Source: Myxococcota bacterium (GTDB taxonomy: Bacteria > Myxococcota > SpSt-1050). From it: a DNA stretch of 12,099 bases. The stretch lies in NCBI GenBank assembly GCA_049969675.1, contig JBMFOP010000090.1, positions 1-12,099 on the forward strand. Direction: 5' to 3'. This document shows, piece by piece, positions 1 to 8,056 of this stretch. Numbering within the stretch: position 1 is the stretch's first letter; every line of letters begins with the position of its first letter. The notes under the pieces are model-generated. The model saw only the letters and a list, made by a program, of their open reading frames with translations. It was not told the origin of the DNA and made no database searches. The position numbers and the translations under genes were made by a program.

Positions 1-134
1 TTGAGCTCACCGGTAATCCCCAGACCATTCTTATCAGTGATATAACCCTGATGAGTGATGACAGAGGGGATATCTGCTGATAGAAGAGGAAATGAGAAAA
101 AAAGAAAGAAAACGAATATAAGATTCTTTCTCAT
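1..134 (-). CDS. 5' end of a secreted protein, truncated by the window edge (possible fibre/collagen-like or S74 chaperone-type surface protein)
   Basis: Not in the ORF track. Manual translation from ATG at 134: MRKNLIFVFFLFFSFPLLSADIPSVITHQGYITDKNGLGITGEL, open to the edge. AAGGAGG RBS at 142-148, Sec signal peptide (LSA|DIP), then a P-x-x-I-x-[YH]QG-x-x-x-D-x-x-G motif. Confidence 0.8.
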   Translation of the reverse strand, partial: MRKNLIFVFFLFFSFPLLSADIPSVITHQGYITDKNGLGITGEL

Positions 135-199
135 AATACCGCCTCCTTAATTTCATCTAATAAAAAGGTTTTGATATAAGGAAATTCAACATAATTATA

Positions 200-228
200 A
201 TTATACACCTGTCTTCCCTTATTGTCTA
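200..228 (-). promoter_or_regulatory. sigma70-type promoter for the gene starting at 134
   Basis: Minus strand TAGACA (228-223), 17-nt spacer, TATAAT (205-200). Confidence 0.6.
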
Positions 229-341
229 ATGTTTTCTATCCTTTTGCAAATCAAGAAACAATCTTATACAAGGCACCTCTGCCCCATATGTATCTAAATA
301 TGCCGATAAAGGTGAAATACTCTACCTTCCAAAATAGTATA

Positions 342-3005
342 TTAAGGTAGCACGGTTATTTCATATTTTCCAAACTGTCTCTTAATTCTTGCAATATCCT
401 TCTTCTCACCTTTTGTATTCAGAGTCGTATTAATAGTTTTAGCCAATGCACTGTTTATATAAATCTCTGTTACTACATTCAATGAAGACTTTGCTCCTGA
501 AGAATAATCAGAGGTATCATCCATATATTCAAGCTGTAAAATATAAATATTTTCAAACTCATCTGTTGGTGCCGTACTATATAACATATATAAAGGATTT
601 GGATACGGTAGAGCCCGGTAGTCACAATCATCATACCCAACAAGTACCTCTCCAATCCTACTCCACTTACAGGTATGTTTGGGGTCACTCTCCGGTTCAA
701 GAAGGGCATCGCAGTAATATCCAATCATATTGGTTTCTGGCGACTGTTCTATAATAAGTCTATTAATTTCCCATCTCATATCGTTTTTATCATCTGGGTC
801 ACAGAAAATTCCTGTACCATCATTAGAACAATGAATGCATTGATTAAATAAAATGCTTTTATAATATTTTAGCCCAACAGTTCGCTTAGTTGCTATTGTC
901 ATACTTTCCTTATTTATACCTATTACATAGACTATATCCTGTGGGGACCAGATATTTTCATTGTCTCTCACCTCAAGTCCAATCTTGTAGATTCCTATTA
1001 AATCGGGCTTGATTGTGGTGGTTACCTGATTTGTACTGCTCAATGTGGCAACTGAGTTTGCAGGCTTTTCAAGAAGTGTCCATTTATATTCCTCTATCTT
1101 CCTGTTTGCTGGAACAAGGTCTGGGTCTTGAGATTCAGAGCCATCAATTGTAATAGTATTATTCGGTTCAAAATACCCTTTCTTGGGGTCTGTAGCACCT
1201 ACAATCTTTGCAACAGCAATCGGGTCCCCATTGTAATTTACACATATCCCAAATAGTGAAATCTCTTTTACTGGCAGGTCCTCATCATTGCTTTTGAGTT
1301 TTAATACATTTGAATCACTACCTACCACCGTGGGAGCATATTTGACAGTCAGGACAATCTGTTGACCGGGTGTAAGCAGAATCTCTCCATTAGTAAAAGG
1401 CTTATCTGATGTGACGCTAAATGGAGAATTTGGATTTGAGAGCTCTGGCTCATATACAATCAGGTCTCCAAGATTTGGACTTGTAAGGTTGCTAATCGTT
1501 ATGGTCTTCTCTGCAAATTTATTTATCTCCACTTCACCGAAGTTTATCTGAGAATCAGATGGGTTTATTACAAATTGTGGGTCAAGTCCCCTCCCTCTTA
1601 ATGAGACCGCAAAACTCTTAAAATTCCCCGGATTATTTGCATCCGGGGCATTTGAGGATATCTTGATTGTGTTGGTCCTGATGTCCAGGGCAGATGGAGA
1701 GAATGCCACTTCTATCTCCCTACCTTCTCCTGCTGGTATATCAAGTGATGTGGGATTGAATGTAAAAGATGTCTCTGATGAGTTTCCAATCTCCGCAGTA
1801 ATTTTGAGGGTCTGACCTGCGACGGGGTCCGCTGTATTTACAATTAGAATCTTCTTCTTTGGTGGATTCTTTACATTCTTCTGAACATCCCCAAAATCAA
1901 TTGAGAGCGGGTCAACTGAGATATCAGGTGGAAATTCAGCCACACCACTGCATTCAACGAGTAGTTTCCCGTTGTCTGCTGTGCCGTTATTGTCAATATC
2001 AAAGTCATTGGTCTCAATCAATAGATTACCTGAATCCTTGGGACTCCTCTGTGTAGGTGCATAAATCAACTCAAGGCCTATTATCTGAGATGGTCCTACA
2101 ACTATTGGAGGTGTAAGCTCCTTTGTATCATCTGATATGTCAAAGAATCTGCCATTAAACTGTGTGGCAAATCTGTCAAGAGATTTTATGAGAAGAGGTT
2201 TGTCTCCATCGGTTGCATTGGTAATTCTAAATTTTAAAGACTTTCTATTCCCAGGACCCACAAGCCCAAAATCTACCTTGAAGGTTGAAGTGCTTCCATC
2301 TGGCCAGAAACTCTTATTATTCTCATCAACAAATACAAGGTCTGCCGAACCCTTATACTGGCTCCTGAGTGGGATTACAAATTTTGGTATAGCAGAATCG
2401 TTATACACTTCAACAGTGCCCTGCGGGGCCTCTTCGGAATTTGGTGTAACAATAACACAGATATCAAGATACTCCGAAGAGTTCGGGGAGAGTTTCTTTG
2501 TATATTCTTGACCCGCCTTAAATTTATATGCGCTGGATGTGTTCTCTCCAAACGCAACACCCGAAATATTCAATGTCGCATCTCCGCAATTAGTCAGAAC
2601 GACACACTTCTCTTTTGACTGACCATATTGAACATAACCAAAATCCATCTCTTTTTCGGATAGACAGACCTTTGGCATCTTCACCTCTTCACAGGTATTA
2701 CTGGATAGATTGCATTTATAATTTTCAGGGCACTCATCATCCTTTGTACAGTATTTTCCACCATCTCCAATCTCCATTATATCCATCCCTGCATCAAAAC
2801 CTATATCCTCTTCAACATCCACACACTTACCACTAATACAATCTTTCCCTGATGGACAGTCTGTCTTATTTCTACAGACAAAACCAGTATCAATATTCAC
2901 ATCCTGCTGAGGCTTTACATCCTGAATTCCCTGATTTACCTCATCAGAACATGCAAAGAAAAATGCAGGGATTAATAGGACAATAGGAAAAATTCTCATA
3001 AACAT
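342..3005 (-). CDS. Large surface lipoprotein: 2 Cys-rich motifs, 4 ASH/choice-of-anchor-D Ig-like repeats, PKD-like domain, divergent C-terminal domain
   Basis: 887-aa ORF with GGAGG RBS at 3013-3017 and lipobox FFAC (Cys19). Cys motifs CRNKTDCPSGKDCISGKC and CTKDDECPENYKCNLSSNTC. Four repeats opening MDFGYV, VDFGLV, IDFGDV and INFGEV, each followed by a conserved Asn (LTN, ITN, IVN, ISN). PKD-like segment PIAVA...IDGSESQDPD...YKWTLLEKP...GIYKIGLEVRD. Confidence 0.85.
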   Translation of the reverse strand: MFMRIFPIVLLIPAFFFACSDEVNQGIQDVKPQQDVNIDTGFVCRNKTDCPSGKDCISGKCVDVEEDIGFDAGMDIMEIGDGGKYCTKDDECPENYKCNLSSNTCEEVKMPKVCLSEKEMDFGYVQYGQSKEKCVVLTNCGDATLNISGVAFGENTSSAYKFKAGQEYTKKLSPNSSEYLDICVIVTPNSEEAPQGTVEVYNDSAIPKFVIPLRSQYKGSADLVFVDENNKSFWPDGSTSTFKVDFGLVGPGNRKSLKFRITNATDGDKPLLIKSLDRFATQFNGRFFDISDDTKELTPPIVVGPSQIIGLELIYAPTQRSPKDSGNLLIETNDFDIDNNGTADNGKLLVECSGVAEFPPDISVDPLSIDFGDVQKNVKNPPKKKILIVNTADPVAGQTLKITAEIGNSSETSFTFNPTSLDIPAGEGREIEVAFSPSALDIRTNTIKISSNAPDANNPGNFKSFAVSLRGRGLDPQFVINPSDSQINFGEVEINKFAEKTITISNLTSPNLGDLIVYEPELSNPNSPFSVTSDKPFTNGEILLTPGQQIVLTVKYAPTVVGSDSNVLKLKSNDEDLPVKEISLFGICVNYNGDPIAVAKIVGATDPKKGYFEPNNTITIDGSESQDPDLVPANRKIEEYKWTLLEKPANSVATLSSTNQVTTTIKPDLIGIYKIGLEVRDNENIWSPQDIVYVIGINKESMTIATKRTVGLKYYKSILFNQCIHCSNDGTGIFCDPDDKNDMRWEINRLIIEQSPETNMIGYYCDALLEPESDPKHTCKWSRIGEVLVGYDDCDYRALPYPNPLYMLYSTAPTDEFENIYILQLEYMDDTSDYSSGAKSSLNVVTEIYINSALAKTINTTLNTKGEKKDIARIKRQFGKYEITVLP

Positions 3006-3032
3006 CAGAAGACCTCCATAAGATTACACCCT

Positions 3033-3062
3033 ATTATACTTCATTAACACCACATTTGTCAA
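3033..3062 (-). promoter_or_regulatory. Consensus sigma70 promoter for the 887-aa lipoprotein gene
   Basis: Minus strand TTGACA (3062-3057), 18-nt spacer, TATAAT (3038-3033), just upstream of the RBS. Confidence 0.75.
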
Positions 3063-3093
3063 ATCATTACATTCAGGGGCCATCACAAAATCT

Positions 3094-3118
3094 TATAAAT
3101 CTCTTGAAGAGATATATA
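3094..3118. other. Inverted repeat (ftsK terminator candidate or operator)
   Basis: TATA-A-ATCTCTT-G-AAGAGAT-A-TATA, 11 of 12 arm positions complementary, located between the ftsK stop and the downstream promoter. Confidence 0.4.
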
Positions 3119-3166
3119 TTTCAGCCAAATTAAAAGATGTAGTCCTATCGTTGAATTGCCCAATGA

Positions 3167-5413
3167 TTAGATGAGGACCTGTCTGGGCTTGGAACCATTA
3201 GCGGGACCCACAATCCCATCCTTCTCCATCTGTTCTACCAACCTTGCTGCCCTGTTAAATCCAATATTGAGACGTCTCTGAAGCATTGAAATTGAGGCAT
3301 TTCGTGTTGTCTTTACAATATTTACTGCCTCCTGATAAAGCCTTTCATCATCACTTCCTGCCACATCAGTATTACTTTGAGCCTCCTCCACCTCAAGAAT
3401 CTCGTCTTTATATACTGGGGATCCCTGAGACTTCAAAAATTTCACAACCTCCTTAATCTCCTCTTCATCTACATAAGCACCGTGTACTCGTTCAAGTCTG
3501 CTGGATGAACCGGGCAGATATACAAGCATATCACCCATTCCCAAAAGTGCCTCTGCCCCCTGAGAGTCCAGAATGGTTCTTGAATCAATCTGAGAGGCGA
3601 CCCTGAAAGAGATTCTTGCCGGGAAGTTGGCCTTGATAATTCCAGAGATAACATCTGTAGAAGGCCTCTGTGTGGCAAGAATCAGATGGATTCCAACTGC
3701 GCGTGCCATCTGAGATAATCTCGTGACACAGGATTCTACATCTTTCGGAGCCACCATCATCAAATCTGCAAATTCATCTACAATAAGAACTATATATTCA
3801 AGTCTCTTTAATGGCTCTCCAACCATCTCCTCATAACCCTCAGGGAGATTCTCCTCCCCTTTCAATATCTTATCTGCCTTCTTATTAAAGTTGATTATAT
3901 CCCTTACACCGAGCATTGCCAGTTTATGATATCTCTTCTCCATCTCATTTACTGCCCATTTGAGGGCAATAGCTGCCTTCTGTGGATCCGTTACAACCGG
4001 GAGCATCAGATGTGGAATACCCTCGTAGATTGAAAGCTCCACCACCTTTGGGTCAACCAGAATAAACTTTACATCATCCGGATGGTGCTTGAATAATATA
4101 CTCATAAGCATCGTATTTATAGATACCGATTTACCTGCTCCGGTCGCCCCGGCTACCAGAAGATGTGGCATTCTGGTCAGGTCCACCACAAAGGGGAGCC
4201 CTTCTGAATTTTTACCTATTGCAAGAGGCAGAATCTTATTTGAATCAGTAAATGTCTTATCCTCCAGAATCTCTCTCAGATATACACCCTCTCGCTCTTT
4301 ATTGGGGACTTCCACTCCTACAACGGACCTCCCCGGAATCGGTGCAAGAATTCTCACCTTTGTAGCCTCAAGAGCCATCGCGATATCATTTGAAAGTGCA
4401 AGGATCTTTGACAATTTAACACCCGGACCTGGTGCCATCTCATACATAGTAATAACAGGCCCCGGTCTGATATTTACCACCTTGCTCTCAATATCAAAGT
4501 TGCGAAACTTCTCCTCCAGTCTTCTGGCATACTCCTTGAGTTCCTCTTCATTGAGCCTCTTTGAATTTCTTGGTGGCATCTTCAGCAGAGTGGTTGACGG
4601 CAGGATATATTCCCCATCTAAGACAGAGACCTTCTCCTCTTCTGATTTCTTCTGGGTCTGCCTGGGTCTCTTCTTGTTGTTAACTGGCTCTATTATCCGT
4701 GGTTCAACAGGCGGTAGTTCATCCTTCTTTATAACCTCTATTGATGAATTCTCTGGTTTAACAATCTTTACCTCCTCCTTCTTCTCAATATCTGGGATGG
4801 TCTTATCAAGTGCCTCATCAGTCTTTTTGAAGAACCAGTAAAAGAGCCTCTTTATAGATGAAAATATAGCCAGTAAAATATCAACCGATGAGATGCTGGT
4901 AGTTAGAGTAACACCTATCATAAACAGTATAATGGATAGTATGCCACCACCAATTGAGCCAAATAGGGATTTTAGAAAACCGCCAAGAAAATACCCCGCA
5001 GCCCCTTCTATCTTCAGACCGGCTACTATCTGACCACCCATTATTATGTTGATAAATGTTGAAACTCCAATAATCAGCAATATCGTCCCTATCACCTGAT
5101 AAATCTGAAATCTCAATACTTGATTTTTTATCATTGAGATTGAGATAAATAATAGCCCGATTGCAAAGGCAAATGAGGATAGACCCATCAGAGAGAAAAG
5201 CCCTTTAAAAATATAATTCCCAACCACCCCTATCAGATTCTTCTTCAGTTCAAATGTCCCCCAGATAAGACTCAACAATACAATTATAGAGATGCCAACA
5301 AGTAAAATCCCAAATATCTCCTTTTTATAATCCAGATCTACCCTCTTTTCCTCTTTTGGAGTATCCCTTGACCTTTCTCTAAAACTCTCTTTAGAATTCT
5401 CCTTGTGAGCCAT
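3167..5413 (-). CDS. ftsK: DNA translocase FtsK
   Basis: 748 aa. N-terminal 4TM region, alpha domain (GPVITMYEMAPGPGVKLSKI), Walker A GATGAGKS, VDPK, Walker B IVLIVDEFADLMM, LATQRPS, and winged-helix gamma domain SISMLQRRLNIGFNRAARLVEQME. GGAGGA RBS upstream. Confidence 0.97.
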   Translation of the reverse strand: MAHKENSKESFRERSRDTPKEEKRVDLDYKKEIFGILLVGISIIVLLSLIWGTFELKKNLIGVVGNYIFKGLFSLMGLSSFAFAIGLLFISISMIKNQVLRFQIYQVIGTILLIIGVSTFINIIMGGQIVAGLKIEGAAGYFLGGFLKSLFGSIGGGILSIILFMIGVTLTTSISSVDILLAIFSSIKRLFYWFFKKTDEALDKTIPDIEKKEEVKIVKPENSSIEVIKKDELPPVEPRIIEPVNNKKRPRQTQKKSEEEKVSVLDGEYILPSTTLLKMPPRNSKRLNEEELKEYARRLEEKFRNFDIESKVVNIRPGPVITMYEMAPGPGVKLSKILALSNDIAMALEATKVRILAPIPGRSVVGVEVPNKEREGVYLREILEDKTFTDSNKILPLAIGKNSEGLPFVVDLTRMPHLLVAGATGAGKSVSINTMLMSILFKHHPDDVKFILVDPKVVELSIYEGIPHLMLPVVTDPQKAAIALKWAVNEMEKRYHKLAMLGVRDIINFNKKADKILKGEENLPEGYEEMVGEPLKRLEYIVLIVDEFADLMMVAPKDVESCVTRLSQMARAVGIHLILATQRPSTDVISGIIKANFPARISFRVASQIDSRTILDSQGAEALLGMGDMLVYLPGSSSRLERVHGAYVDEEEIKEVVKFLKSQGSPVYKDEILEVEEAQSNTDVAGSDDERLYQEAVNIVKTTRNASISMLQRRLNIGFNRAARLVEQMEKDGIVGPANGSKPRQVLI

Positions 5414-5471
5414 CTTGCTCCTCCGTCCCTCAACCCCAATTTTATACAGCGAATCAAAAAAAGCAAATTTT

Positions 5472-6368
5472 TTACAGGTCTACACCCAATATATAGTAGA
5501 TAGCATATATTCCTTTGCTCTCCTCTTCTCCATTCTCTTTCTCCATATTAATTCCAAAGAGCGGTGTCAATATCAAATTTACAGCCGGAATTGGCTTATA
5601 AAGTAGTGATGGGCCTATTAAGAACTTCTTTTCAAGAAAATCAAATCTGCTACCCTGCTCGTCCTCGGCTGCGACCTTCATCTCAATCCCCGTTGAGAGA
5701 TAGCCATCTATTATAGAATATGCTATGCCGCCAGATAATCCATATTCATTTGCGGTCTTTGAGCCAAATTCCCTTTCAAAGGCTATATTCAATCCCCAGA
5801 ATAGACGACTATTTATCTCATCCCCTAAAAGTATCTTTACCTCACCCTTCTGAGGTTTATCAGACTGTCTTATCCACTCCATATATACCGTTGGATTACC
5901 AAAGACCCTTCCCCAATCAAAAAAGGCATATCTGAGTTCAATACTCTGGGAGAGTATATCTATTGGAGAACTTGAGCCATTCTGAATAGTCTTCAAATAA
6001 AAATCCCCCATCAACCTCTGTCCAAGTCCAAATTCAATCTCATAGATGCCAGTATATTTGGGATCTGAATCTCCACCAAGATTCCCCTCCATCAAAAGCC
6101 AGTATTCAATTTGCACCCTGTTCTCGGGCAGGACATATACTCTGGTGGTCGGGAATCTCCTCTTGGTAGTCCAGACTGGCTGATTATAGGAACCCACCTT
6201 ATCTGAGTCTTTTAACCTCTTTGATTCAATTACAGTTGTCTCATATTCTGATTTTGTTTTATCTCCCTTCTCCTCTACCTTAAATTGGGCGCCGGTCGCC
6301 CTATCATCTGCAAATAGATTTGCATTCAAAAAGAACATAAAGATTGACAGCAGAAAAAATCTCTTCAT
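5472..6368 (-). CDS. Probable outer-membrane beta-barrel protein of unknown function
   Basis: Sec signal (NLFA|DD), a run of amphipathic beta-strands (VQIEYWL, IYEIEFGL, SIELRYAF, GEVKILLG, FWGLNIAFE, YGLSGGIAY) and terminal strand YYILGVDL. GGAGG at 6375-6379 is better spaced for ATG at 6368 than for TTG at 6371. Confidence 0.7.
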   Translation of the reverse strand: MKRFFLLSIFMFFLNANLFADDRATGAQFKVEEKGDKTKSEYETTVIESKRLKDSDKVGSYNQPVWTTKRRFPTTRVYVLPENRVQIEYWLLMEGNLGGDSDPKYTGIYEIEFGLGQRLMGDFYLKTIQNGSSSPIDILSQSIELRYAFFDWGRVFGNPTVYMEWIRQSDKPQKGEVKILLGDEINSRLFWGLNIAFEREFGSKTANEYGLSGGIAYSIIDGYLSTGIEMKVAAEDEQGSRFDFLEKKFLIGPSLLYKPIPAVNLILTPLFGINMEKENGEEESKGIYAIYYILGVDL

Positions 6369-6395
6369 CAAACGCCTCCAATCAATTAATGTATT

Positions 6396-6425
6396 ATTCT
6401 ATATTTCAAACTGTATTTAAGTCAA
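6396..6425 (-). promoter_or_regulatory. sigma70-type promoter for the beta-barrel gene (possibly reading on into ftsK)
   Basis: Minus strand TTGACT (6425-6420), 18-nt spacer, TAGAAT (6401-6396). Confidence 0.6.
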
Positions 6426-6512
6426 CCAAAAATCATACCCAATTATTCAATTCTGGACTCAAAAAGTCAGAAGGGTCTTATGGTTATTATCCTCTAACAA
6501 AAGAATTTGTAA

Positions 6513-6540
6513 TTGACTAAATAAAATTTAGTGGTAGAAG
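6513..6540 (+). promoter_or_regulatory. Possible promoter with overlapping palindromic operator
   Basis: TTGACT (6513-6518), 16-nt spacer, TGG-TAGAAG (-10 candidate 6535-6540, imperfect). Perfect inverted repeat ACTAAAT-AAA-ATTTAGT at 6516-6532. Confidence 0.45.
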
Positions 6541-6576
6541 ATACTCACCTTTTATTATCACCTACAAGGAGAGAAT

Positions 6577-7002
6577 ATGAAAAGGGTAATTACAATGATT
6601 GTATTCTTAATGATTTTAGGTCTTTTGTTTTTAGGCTGTAAGAAGAAAGAGACAGTAGATGTCAAAAGACCTGCTGTAGAACAGACTAAAGAGACAGAGA
6701 AAGCCGATACAGAAGAGAATGGCCCACTCAACGCCGATGAAAACTGTTCTAAGGCTTATGACTTTATGAAGCAATTTGTTGAACAGATGGAACAGCAGAT
6801 GGCAAAGATGGGTAAACAACCTCCCCGAAAGAAGGAATTCCCACCAAAAGAGAAGTTTGTAAAGGCCTGCAAGGACCTCCCGACCGAGATTATCAGGTGT
6901 CTGGATATGGAATATTCAATGAAGCATCAGCAGGAGTGTCTGGAGGCAAAGAAGAATGCAGACCCCGAGAAGATGAAAAAGTTTGAAGAGGCGCTTAAAT
7001 AA
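6577..7002 (+). CDS. Small helical lipoprotein with four additional cysteines, function unknown
   Basis: 141 aa, AAGGAG RBS at 6566-6571, canonical lipobox FLGC, charged linker, then a helical-looking domain with ENC...KAC...IRC...QEC. Confidence 0.85.
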   Translation: MKRVITMIVFLMILGLLFLGCKKKETVDVKRPAVEQTKETEKADTEENGPLNADENCSKAYDFMKQFVEQMEQQMAKMGKQPPRKKEFPPKEKFVKACKDLPTEIIRCLDMEYSMKHQQECLEAKKNADPEKMKKFEEALK

Positions 7003-7004
7003 TA

Positions 7005-7406
7005 CTACTCTTCTCCAACTTCATCTGAGTGAGAGACCCTATCCCTCCCCAATCTCTTTGACCTATAGAGTGCAGAATCGGCGAGCTTTAAGAGGTCTAT
7101 CTCTGAAGATAGAGATTTATCTACTCTAAAAGTGGTTACTCCAAAGCTACCACTCACAATCCTGTATTTATAGGGGAGATTCTCCTTAAAGGTATTGGAT
7201 TTTATCCGCTCTGCAAGTGATATCGCCTCAAGCTTATTCGCCTCGGGGAGCAATATCACAAATTCATCTCCCCCGAACCTTGCTATCACATCGGTACTTC
7301 TAACCTCCTTCTTTAATTTAATATCTACCGATAGTATAATAGTTGATAGTACAAGATTTGCAATCAGACTTAAAAATGTCAGAATAATATGTAGATAAAA
7401 CAACAT
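7005..7406 (-). pseudogene. Internally deleted diguanylate cyclase (one TM helix fused to the C-terminal half of a GGDEF domain)
   Basis: 133-aa open frame: a hydrophobic N-terminal helix, then directly LKKEVRSTDVIARFGGDEFVILLP...SFGV...LLKLADSALYRSKRLGRDRV. The N-terminal GGDEF motifs (DxLTGLxNR, DxDxFKxxNDxxGHxxGD) are absent. Confidence 0.75.
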
Positions 7407-7567
7407 TGTATCCTAATCTTCACTTTATTATTGAGTGTAAATCCGCCGACATTATTTGCTCACAATATTAAGTTAATAGAGGCAGAATTATAAGAAAGAC
7501 CAAATTTAATTCCTCTATAATTTTTTCCCTTTAATCCCATAGAATAAGCATTATAGTAATTTTAACA

Positions 7568-8056
7568 TTAAATCAAGATTTTAGAATTGGGTGGTGTCAA
7601 TTTTTTAATAATCGTATCTACTACCCTCTGCATCCTCACATAATGAGTTGCCCTCCAGTAGATTGAATTACAGACTTTGCAACAGGAAAAGCCCTCTTGA
7701 GTCCTCATCACATAGTCGGGAACTCTACCAGACACCTCTTCTCTTTTTATTGGCAAGATTTCGCTATTGCATCTGAGACATCTACTGAATGGCTTAAATT
7801 CGGAAGGGCTGATATTGAGGGTATAGATGACCTCATATATCTGTTCCTCAGGGAAGTTGCTCCTAACAAAGCAGGATGGAGGGATGTCCTTTCTCTTCAA
7901 TAATCTTGTATCACGACTTAGAAATATCCGTTCCTCATATCTTGCAAGTTCAATCTTCACATCAAATAACCTGCTACTGGAGTACATTGTATCAATGCCC
8001 AGAAGTCTGAGATATCTGGTGAGCCTTCCAAGCATTGAATCACATAGGAGCTTCAT
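7568..8056 (-). CDS. Mut7-C RNase domain protein (PIN-like fold with Zn ribbon)
   Basis: LLCDSMLGRLTRYLRLLGIDT, ARYEERIFLSRD, SRCLRCN...CKVCNSIYWRATH. Start overlaps the upstream stop (TGATG). Confidence 0.9.
   Translation of the reverse strand: MKLLCDSMLGRLTRYLRLLGIDTMYSSSRLFDVKIELARYEERIFLSRDTRLLKRKDIPPSCFVRSNFPEEQIYEVIYTLNISPSEFKPFSRCLRCNSEILPIKREEVSGRVPDYVMRTQEGFSCCKVCNSIYWRATHYVRMQRVVDTIIKKLTPPNSKILI

Noticed and set aside
4089..4841. 250-aa plus-strand ORF antisense to ftsK
   Set aside because: Shadow frame of a conserved gene: Ser/Leu/Phe-rich, no recognisable motifs, no RBS.
5439..5467. Internal ftsK promoter candidate TTGCTT-N16-TAAAAT
   Set aside because: Plausible, but too weak to call in AT-rich sequence.
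7449..7466. lacO/CRP-like ATTGTGAGCAAATAATGT on the minus strand
   Set aside because: Only a half-site with no symmetric partner, so likely chance.
7407..7567. Possible c-di-GMP riboswitch or structured RNA upstream of the GGDEF gene (ATAGAGG 7476-7482 and CCTCTAT 7513-7519 inverted repeat)
   Set aside because: No class I (GGCAAA...GACGCAAAG) or class II signature is visible and the pairing is short and AT-rich. An Rfam cmscan would settle it.
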